DNA of 64,000 nt from Nanohaloarchaea archaeon B1-Br10_U2g1 (GTDB lineage Archaea > Nanohalarchaeota > Nanosalinia > Nanosalinales > Nanosalinaceae), in contig LKMN01000002.1 in assembly GCA_001563875.1 (NCBI GenBank), positions 1-64,000 of the forward strand. Direction: 5' to 3'. This document shows, piece after piece, positions 57,536 to 64,000 of this stretch. A program made the translations under genes and the position numbers. Position 1 is the first letter of the stretch. The number at the start of each line of letters is the position of its first letter. The notes under the pieces were generated by a model. That model saw nothing but the letters and a program-made list of their open reading frames with translations. It made no database searches and had not been told where the DNA came from.

Positions 57536-58249
57536 CTAGAGTTTTAGCCAGAGATCTCTCAGGTACTGTTCGTTCTGCTCTTCGCCTTCATACTCCTTGA
57601 GAGAGGTTTTTAGAACTTCTTCAAGATACCTGTTTAGGTAGTGCTGGTTTCTATCTTTATTTTCTCTTTTTGAAGACTTACCTACCGGTATAGCTCCTTT
57701 AGGACTGTCTTCCAGAGTCTGACCTGTATGGAGTTCAAACATAGAGCTGTAAGGCATTAACATATGCGATATCTTTGTTTCCTTGTCATAGTACTTCTCT
57801 GAAATATCTCTGATATCTTCTCCAAGCCTTTGAAACTCTTCTTTCAAAGTTTTGAGCTCTGTGTCCTCTCCTTCATCTGCCATAGACGGAAGGCTTTTAT
57901 AGACGTCTTCCTCTTCAGATCCGTATACGAACAGCTCTACAGCCTGGTTAAGTCTCCTCTCCCTCTCTATGAGCTCTTCAAAGATGCTCTGGTAGACAGG
58001 CTCCTGGTAGTTAATGTTGTCCATATCTAGTTCGATAAACGTGTTTTGAGATCCATCTATCTCTATACCCATTTTTCTAGAGTTCTTAGAACCTCTTACT
58101 TCAACAGTACCGTTTTTAGTCTTGACAGGACTGTATCCATGTCTTAGTAGATGGTTATAGAAGGTGTCAGGGTCGATAGCAGGAGTCTCTCCATCTCTAA
58201 ACTCCAGCGGAGGGATTTTTTTAGTTAAAGGCCTATCTGACAGACTCAT
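57536..58249 (-). CDS. Hypothetical protein
   Basis: 237 aa ORF convergent on tRNA-Glu; no family recognised. Confidence 0.6.
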   Translation of the reverse strand: MSLSDRPLTKKIPPLEFRDGETPAIDPDTFYNHLLRHGYSPVKTKNGTVEVRGSKNSRKMGIEIDGSQNTFIELDMDNINYQEPVYQSIFEELIERERRLNQAVELFVYGSEEEDVYKSLPSMADEGEDTELKTLKEEFQRLGEDIRDISEKYYDKETKISHMLMPYSSMFELHTGQTLEDSPKGAIPVGKSSKRENKDRNQHYLNRYLEEVLKTSLKEYEGEEQNEQYLRDLWLKL

Positions 58250-58326
58250 GATACTTATACTACATTACAACCTTTTATCTTTGATTAACCTGTGTAGAAA
58301 GAATAATTGAGAAAAATGGATAGAAA

Positions 58327-58926
58327 CTAGTGTATATCCCTGTTTTTCTCCTTATCCCTACGTCTCAACGCGTTGTCAACAGGATCTTCAGAGTTCTTGG
58401 CCGCATCTATAATCTCTCTAACTCTTTCATTACCGGAAAACTTGGGTCTTAAGTCTCCTCTGAATACGTCTTCCAGATCCTCCCATTTCTCTCTTCTGAT
58501 CATTTCCTGTACGTCTTCACGTTTCAAAGTATCGACCAGCTGTTCCCTGTCCATCTCTTCTATCTGTTCTACTATACCGCGGTCTTCCATCAGGTTCTGT
58601 TTCCGTTTAACCCCTATTAGACCGTTTAAAACTCTTAAAGCCTCCATCAGCTGGGCGTGTTCGTTATGGTATATAGCCATTTCGTCTTCGATTGCGGCTA
58701 TATCTTCTGCTAATTCCTCCTCAAGAAGCTCATCATTCGAGTTTCTAAGTCTTCCGAATTTTTGACGTCTTTTTTCAGCAAGACCTTCGTGTTTATCTCT
58801 TTTTAACTCTAGATCAGCTTTCAGTTCTGATCTCTGTTCCCTAAGATCTTCTAGATCCATTCCTTCGATACTTACTTTGTCGTCGTGCGTGAACCTGTCG
58901 ATTATATTGCTTAGTACGCTTACCAT
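58327..58926 (-). CDS. All-helical protein, possibly ESCRT-III/PspA superfamily
   Basis: N-terminal amphipathic helix MVSVLSNIIDRF, long helical hairpin, short C-terminal helices, about 200 aa. The CDS is solid; the family is tentative. Confidence 0.5.
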   Translation of the reverse strand: MVSVLSNIIDRFTHDDKVSIEGMDLEDLREQRSELKADLELKRDKHEGLAEKRRQKFGRLRNSNDELLEEELAEDIAAIEDEMAIYHNEHAQLMEALRVLNGLIGVKRKQNLMEDRGIVEQIEEMDREQLVDTLKREDVQEMIRREKWEDLEDVFRGDLRPKFSGNERVREIIDAAKNSEDPVDNALRRRDKEKNRDIH

Positions 58927-58959
58927 GTAAAAGAGAATTGTACAGCTTCTAAATAAAAC

Positions 58960-59271
58960 CTACCTGTATATCTGTCTGAAAGCCTTCCAACGGTACTCTA
59001 AGAGTTTGAAACATTCTTCAGGCCGGTCTCCATCTCGGAAGAACATCCGTTTCCATGTTCCATCTATCTTGAAAAGTATGTATGGGAAGATAGACTCGGG
59101 CTGGTACTTTAGATCTTCAATCTTAGAGAAATGGATTTTATCGACCAGCTCTTCGGAAGAGAAGTTTTCGGTTATCTTATCCCAGTCTTCAGAATCTCTA
59201 CTCTCTCTTTCAACATGGTCTCTTGTAACGGCCACATCACCTAGCTCTGATTCGAACTCCTCATACTCCAT
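58960..59271 (-). CDS. Hypothetical protein
   Basis: 103 aa ORF whose start overlaps the stop of the citryl-CoA lyase gene. Confidence 0.6.
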   Translation of the reverse strand: MEYEEFESELGDVAVTRDHVERESRDSEDWDKITENFSSEELVDKIHFSKIEDLKYQPESIFPYILFKIDGTWKRMFFRDGDRPEECFKLLEYRWKAFRQIYR

Positions 59272-59972
59272 TACTCGTCACCTACGTACTCGCCTTTCTG
59301 CCTTCTGAAAGGTTTTTCATCCATCTCCTCTCTTACATGAGCTACTATTCCCGGAGTCCTTGCAATTATGAAGAATCCTTTGCCTAGTTCTGGCTCCCAG
59401 CCCATATCAGTCATGACGGCGGCAATGGCTCCATCAACATTTAAGACAAGATCGGTTTTTTGCTCAGCGAACCTATCTCTTATTCTAGTCATCTTTTCCG
59501 TTGCCTCTCCGGATAGACCGAGATTATCTGCCTCCTCTAGTATCTTAGTTGCTCTTGGATCCTCTTCTCGGTAAATCTTATGCCCTATACCTGGTATACG
59601 GTTTTCATTCTCTAGATAGGTCTCAACTATTTTTTCCGGTGATCTGTTATCGCTAAGTATCTGCATAGCCTCCTCTATGGCTCCGCCATGTGAATTACCT
59701 AACGCCAGTATTCCTGCGGCCACGCTCGTATTCATCTCGTTGCCCCCGCTCTGAACGGTTCTGGCAGAGACCGTACTAGGATTGCCTATACCGTGATCGA
59801 TCGATGACGAAAGTATAGTGTTGAAAAGCTCTGACTCCTTTTCTGAAGGTTTTTCACCTTTTAGTATCAGCCATATTGCGTCAGAGAAATCCATATCCAT
59901 TACGTCTTCCAAGGGTTTTCCTCTGATTACCGCGTCCTCTCCTTCAGAAGAAACAGATGTTTCCCAGCTCAT
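59271..59972 (-). CDS. Citryl-CoA lyase (citrate-synthase-like domain of ATP-citrate lyase)
   Basis: WETSVS, IRG, IDHG, HGGAIE, RIPGIGHK, DPR, LNVDGAIAA, ARTPG; only 233 aa. Confidence 0.88.
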   Translation of the reverse strand: MSWETSVSSEGEDAVIRGKPLEDVMDMDFSDAIWLILKGEKPSEKESELFNTILSSSIDHGIGNPSTVSARTVQSGGNEMNTSVAAGILALGNSHGGAIEEAMQILSDNRSPEKIVETYLENENRIPGIGHKIYREEDPRATKILEEADNLGLSGEATEKMTRIRDRFAEQKTDLVLNVDGAIAAVMTDMGWEPELGKGFFIIARTPGIVAHVREEMDEKPFRRQKGEYVGDE

Positions 59973-60033
59973 ACTATTTTCTTGAGAACCTTGTCCGTAA
60001 ATATTTAACCAAGATAGGCCTTAGTTTTCTTCA

Positions 60034-61194
60034 GTGGTATGGGACAAGAATACTGTGGTTTACCAAGTTTTTATCGATCGTTTTGCCGGTTTCGAATCTG
60101 AAGAAGGCTGGGACGAACCAGAGTTTCTTGGAGGTAGTTTAGAAGGTGTCTATAATAAACTGGATTATTTGGAAGATCTACGTGTTGATGTTATCTGGCT
60201 TTCACCTTTTTACGAGACCAGTGCCTACCACGGATACCATATAACAGATTTCTTCAGTGTTGATCCCAATTTTGGAACAGAAGAGGATTTGGAAAACATT
60301 ATTGAAGAGGCTCATAGTAGAGATATTGAAGTTATCGCAGACTTTGTTCCTAACCATTTATCGCATAAACATCCTTACTTTGTAGAAGCGCAGGAAAACC
60401 TAGACAGCGAATATCATGACTGGTTTTACTGGAATGACTGGCCGGACAACTATCTCTGTTTCCTAGAGTTTGAAGAGTTACCTAAGATAAATTTGGATAA
60501 TACTGAAGCTCGAGAACATATCATCAAAGCTGCAGAGTACTGGCTAGATAAAGGATTGGACGGTTACAGGCTCGACCATGTAGAAGGACCTAGTAACAAT
60601 TTCTGGGAAGAATTCCACACACGTCTAAAACAAGAGTATCCTGACAGAACTTTTATCGGAGAGGTATGGATGAGAGGTATCAAGTATAGAGAGCTTGAAA
60701 CACTTCTTACCTCGTATAAGCGATTTAAATGGTTTGTACAGCAGTTTGTCGGCGCTCCACCAACTTTCCACCAGAAAAGCTACATAGGCTTGATGGATGG
60801 TTTACTAGACTTTAGAGCTAAAAGACTGATAGATAGGTACGTACGATACAACTCCAAAATTACCAAAAAAGTTGTTAAAACGGCGTTGAAGCTTCATTAC
60901 TCAAGATTTCCTGACAACTTCTATCTACCTGTCTTCTTGGATAACCATGATATGAACCGGTTTCTCTACAGGTTTGAAGACGATAAAGATAAGCTAGTTG
61001 AAGCTTTAGAGCTACAGCTAGATCTTGGTCAGCCTACAATAATTTATTACGGTACTGAAGTAGGTCTCTCACATAGTAAGGGACTGGAAGAGGGTGAAGA
61101 GCATGGAGATTTACAGGCTAGAAGGCCGATGAAATGGGAAGACCAGGATGAAGAACTTCTAAAATCCTTCAGAGACAGACTAAACAGAGATTAA
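60034..61194 (+). CDS. GH13 alpha-amylase-family glycoside hydrolase (cytoplasmic)
   Basis: YQVFIDRF, YHGY, DFVPNH, catalytic GYRLDHV, IGEVW, FLDNHD; no signal peptide. Confidence 0.93.
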   Translation: MVWDKNTVVYQVFIDRFAGFESEEGWDEPEFLGGSLEGVYNKLDYLEDLRVDVIWLSPFYETSAYHGYHITDFFSVDPNFGTEEDLENIIEEAHSRDIEVIADFVPNHLSHKHPYFVEAQENLDSEYHDWFYWNDWPDNYLCFLEFEELPKINLDNTEAREHIIKAAEYWLDKGLDGYRLDHVEGPSNNFWEEFHTRLKQEYPDRTFIGEVWMRGIKYRELETLLTSYKRFKWFVQQFVGAPPTFHQKSYIGLMDGLLDFRAKRLIDRYVRYNSKITKKVVKTALKLHYSRFPDNFYLPVFLDNHDMNRFLYRFEDDKDKLVEALELQLDLGQPTIIYYGTEVGLSHSKGLEEGEEHGDLQARRPMKWEDQDEELLKSFRDRLNRD

Positions 61195-62084
61195 TCCAAG
61201 ATCTTCTCTAAACTACTGCCTATCCTGTGATGGAGATCAACTACATGTGCCCCAGCACTTTCTAAGGCTTTTTTCTTGTTGCTTGGGTTTCCTCTGTCTC
61301 CTCTGATTATGGCTCCGGCATGGCCGTAACTTCTTGAGGGTAACTCTTCCGTGAACTCTCCTGCGATAAAACAGACTAAGGGCTTTGTGAACTTTCCAGC
61401 TTCAAGAAGCTCTGCAGCTTTTTCTTCGTATGTGCCTCCGAGCTCTCCATACATTACTACCGCTTCAGTCCGGTCATCGTCTTCAAACAGTTTTAGCGCA
61501 TCTTCAAACGTAGTGCCTGAGATTACATCTCCTCCAAGACCTATGGCTGTTGATATGCCGTATCCTTTCTGTCTTAAAACCCAGGCGGTTTCTGTCGTCA
61601 TTCCCCCGCTTTTGGAGATTACACCGATCTTTCCAGGCTTGTAAACTTTCTCAGGTTCAGAGCCGCCTATCGGGCCGATCTTTGTCTTTCCTGGAGATAT
61701 TATCCCTATTGACGAAGGACCAACCACCCGGACCTCTTTTTCCTGTGCTCTTCTGTATATTTCCCAGGTGTCTTTGACCGGTATTCTCTCCGTTATTATA
61801 TTGATTAAAGGTATTTCGTTTTCTATTGCTTCCAGTGCTGCATCTTTTGCGGCAAAATTTGGAACATAGATAAGTGAGGCATTGATCTCCGGATGGCTGT
61901 CTAAGGCCTCCCGGACCGTGTTGTAAACAGGCACACCTTCAACTTCTTGCCCTGCTTTACCCGGAGTGACGCCTGCAACTACCTCGGTCCCGTATTCTTG
62001 CATTTCCGGCACCTTTTCTCTTGCCTCTCTTCCTGTTATTCCTTGAACAAGTAGACGTATATCTTCTTCAGCCAGTATACTCAA
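61191..62084 (-). CDS. Citryl-CoA synthetase small subunit / succinyl-CoA synthetase alpha-like CoA ligase
   Basis: VQGITG, AGVTPGK, ITERIP, SKSGG, GLGGD, GELGG, phospho-His GHAGA. Confidence 0.88.
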   Translation of the reverse strand: MSILAEEDIRLLVQGITGREAREKVPEMQEYGTEVVAGVTPGKAGQEVEGVPVYNTVREALDSHPEINASLIYVPNFAAKDAALEAIENEIPLINIITERIPVKDTWEIYRRAQEKEVRVVGPSSIGIISPGKTKIGPIGGSEPEKVYKPGKIGVISKSGGMTTETAWVLRQKGYGISTAIGLGGDVISGTTFEDALKLFEDDDRTEAVVMYGELGGTYEEKAAELLEAGKFTKPLVCFIAGEFTEELPSRSYGHAGAIIRGDRGNPSNKKKALESAGAHVVDLHHRIGSSLEKILD

Positions 62085-62724
62085 CCTTTTTCTCCTCCAG
62101 TTTTTGAATTGAGTTTCTTACAGATTTAACCGTTGGAACCTTTATTGAGACTTTGTCATATTCTGTTCCGAAAGTATTGTATCCTCTTACCCATACAAAA
62201 TTCATTCCTACATCTTGAGCCGCTTTATCACGAACTACATTGTTTCCGAAGTAGACAAATTTTTCTGAGTGTTCTTTTCTCTTCTCCAAGAAAGCTTGGA
62301 ATATTTCCTTATCAGGCTTTTCAACTCCAACCTCCTCTGAAACCACAAAACCGTTGTAAGGAACTTTGTTTTCCTCTAAAAGCCTCCGAAACCATTTCTT
62401 TCCTTTAATAGAGTTGTCGCTTATGAACCCTATTTCTCCAAACTCTTTGGAACAGTTTTTCAGGAACCTGAAGACATTGTTCCGTTTCAGGAAATTTTCT
62501 TCCTTATTTTTGTAACGTTTGACTATCTTTTCAGCGCTGGCTCCTACACCGTTTTTATCGAGGTATCTTCTCACGTCAGAAGTGTTGTATATTCTAAAGT
62601 TGTTTACGTCGAACTCTGGAGGTTCACCTCCATTCTCTTCAACTACTTCTTTTACTGTCTCGTTTTGAAGTCTGTAACACGGCATTAACGTGTCCCCTAT
62701 ATCGAAAACCGGTATTTTACTCAT
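62068..62724 (-). CDS. HAD-superfamily hydrolase
   Basis: FDIGDTL, ISDN, SEEVGVEKPDKEIF, YFGNNVVRD. Confidence 0.85.
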   Translation of the reverse strand: MSKIPVFDIGDTLMPCYRLQNETVKEVVEENGGEPPEFDVNNFRIYNTSDVRRYLDKNGVGASAEKIVKRYKNKEENFLKRNNVFRFLKNCSKEFGEIGFISDNSIKGKKWFRRLLEENKVPYNGFVVSEEVGVEKPDKEIFQAFLEKRKEHSEKFVYFGNNVVRDKAAQDVGMNFVWVRGYNTFGTEYDKVSIKVPTVKSVRNSIQKLEEKKVEYTG

Positions 62725-63838
62725 TTTTTATCATCCTCATCAATGTTTCAGCAGTCTCAGTCATAGTTGTGTCGTTCCTGTAAAGTTTCATATTAAGATC
62801 TAGCTCTTCTCGGGTTTTACGTAAAAGTTTGAATGCTTTGTCTGCGTTTGGCCCATCTCTTCTTACAACTATAGGATAATCCGGCTCTTCTTCTCTGAGA
62901 GCTTGACAGAACCCTTTCATCGTCCTGTGTATATCGGTGTTGTTGGCTGTACCTCCTACATGCCATAAACCTTTCAGACCTTGTCTAGAGATTATAATCT
63001 TTGAAAGACGGTATATCTTCTCCGTTGGAGGGTTTCCGCCGTACTCTGTATAGTTAGCTGGTTTTCCGCCATACTGTATCAAAGCATCCATATTAGTTAG
63101 CGATGCCCCGCCTCCCGCCAACATCATACCTATATTGCCTTCTAGCTCAGTATATTTTCCTGCTATACCTCTGTGATCATTCTCATCTATTTTTTCTGCT
63201 TCTACCTCTCTTTCCGTTTTTTCACGCGGAAACTCTGAGCGTTCCGGGAATTCCCGGCTGTGACGGTAAGCTGCATCACTATCGAGGTCCATCATTGCGT
63301 CCAGAACCTTGAAGCCTTCTTCTGTCTTTGCTAAGGGATTTATCTCTATCATACGAGCATCTTCCTCAAAGAAACATTTACATGCACGGTAAACTGTGTC
63401 TGAAAGCTTTCTGAGATCTTTATTATCTACTTTTATTTGGTTCAGAAACTGTCTGATTCTATGTCTCTCTAGTTCTTCAATCTCAAGCCTTTCAACCTCT
63501 CTCTTCTCGACACCGGTTCCTCCTTCTCTACCGAATACAATTACCGGTTTCCTAACATCTGTATCGTATAGAACGGCTAGATATAGCTCGTTTTCATGCT
63601 CTATTTTTTCCTCTATAAGGACATCTTCTACATTATAGCCTTTGATAGAGGAGCCTTTCATTTCTTCAGCAATCTTTTCCGCGTCTTTCCTGCTGTCCGC
63701 AAACTTTATACCGCCATGTTTCTTCCTGTTCTCGGTTAATACCTGTGCCTTTACTACAAAGCTTTCTCCTTCTTTACCCGGAGTTTCAAGCCCGTATCTA
63801 TCAAGTAGTTTCTTAGCCTCGTACTCGTAAAGCCTCAC
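62717..63838 (-). CDS. ATP-citrate lyase beta-type / citryl-CoA synthetase large subunit
   Basis: LYEYEAK, KAQV, EINPL ATP-grasp part; citrate-binding-type motifs AGGGAS, ANYTEYGGNP, GGTANNTD, VRRDGPN rather than SucC NGAGL/NFLD. Confidence 0.85.
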   Translation of the reverse strand: MRLYEYEAKKLLDRYGLETPGKEGESFVVKAQVLTENRKKHGGIKFADSRKDAEKIAEEMKGSSIKGYNVEDVLIEEKIEHENELYLAVLYDTDVRKPVIVFGREGGTGVEKREVERLEIEELERHRIRQFLNQIKVDNKDLRKLSDTVYRACKCFFEEDARMIEINPLAKTEEGFKVLDAMMDLDSDAAYRHSREFPERSEFPREKTEREVEAEKIDENDHRGIAGKYTELEGNIGMMLAGGGASLTNMDALIQYGGKPANYTEYGGNPPTEKIYRLSKIIISRQGLKGLWHVGGTANNTDIHRTMKGFCQALREEEPDYPIVVRRDGPNADKAFKLLRKTREELDLNMKLYRNDTTMTETAETLMRMIKNE

Positions 63839-63889
63839 ATATAGATCTAAATCTCAAAATGTATAAAGTCTCTAGAACTGAGTTTCTCT

Positions 63890-64000
63890 ATGGTCTATAC
63901 AGGTAGAGGTGATAGAGGTAGGACTGACTTGTCTTCAGGAGAGCGTGTTTCAAAAAACTCTGAAAGGATTGACGCTTATGGAACTTTAGATGAGCTGAAC
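63890..64000 (+). CDS. pduO: PduO-type cob(I)alamin adenosyltransferase (partial, runs off the window)
   Basis: Manual translation [37 protein letters not shown] matches the YTxxGDxGxT...AYGTxDELN signature. Confidence 0.9.
   Translation, partial: MVYTGRGDRGRTDLSSGERVSKNSERIDAYGTLDELN

Noticed and set aside
59271-59972. Citrate synthase
   Set aside because: At 233 aa it is too short and matches the stand-alone citryl-CoA lyase form.
61191-63838. Plain succinyl-CoA synthetase (sucCD)
   Set aside because: The large subunit has ACL-type AGGGAS/ANYxE/GGxAN/RRxGPN motifs, and a citryl-CoA lyase gene is nearby.

Overview
Gene-dense chromosomal segment of an extremely halophilic, small-genome archaeon. 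Acidic proteins, archaeal informational genes, GGTGA ribosome-binding motifs and TATA boxes fit Nanohaloarchaeota/DPANN; that assignment is an inference. In order: a type IV pilus locus; RFC; AK6; thioredoxin; MscS; a MoeB/E1 enzyme; Lhr helicase, a BatA/vWA/MoxR/DUF58 cluster and a metallophosphoesterase; a histone-fold protein; a surface protein; a protease; photolyase; TrkAH; the rps6e-eif2g-PIN-rpoE-spt4-rps24e-rps27ae-kae1 superoperon; Sua5, two Kef-type antiporters and Bud32; rps15-DHH-rps3ae; tRNA-Leu; rpl18e-rpl13-rps9-rpoN; tRNA-Glu; a three-gene citrate-cleavage set; a GH13 enzyme; and the start of pduO. The best candidate for an undescribed system is a four-gene insert at 35.4-39.6 kb inside the translation superoperon. 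It encodes an MscS channel fused to a papain-fold (phytochelatin-synthase/C39-like) Cys-His-Asp domain, a degenerate plus an intact RimK-like ATP-grasp ligase, and a DUF1611-like P-loop protein. Also notable: two paralogous tRNA-adjacent coiled-coil proteins with a shared OB-like C-terminus, a coiled-coil histone, and an ESCRT-III/PspA-like helical protein. No CRISPR array, rRNA, transposase or integrase was seen. All family calls come from motif recognition by eye; no database search was run.
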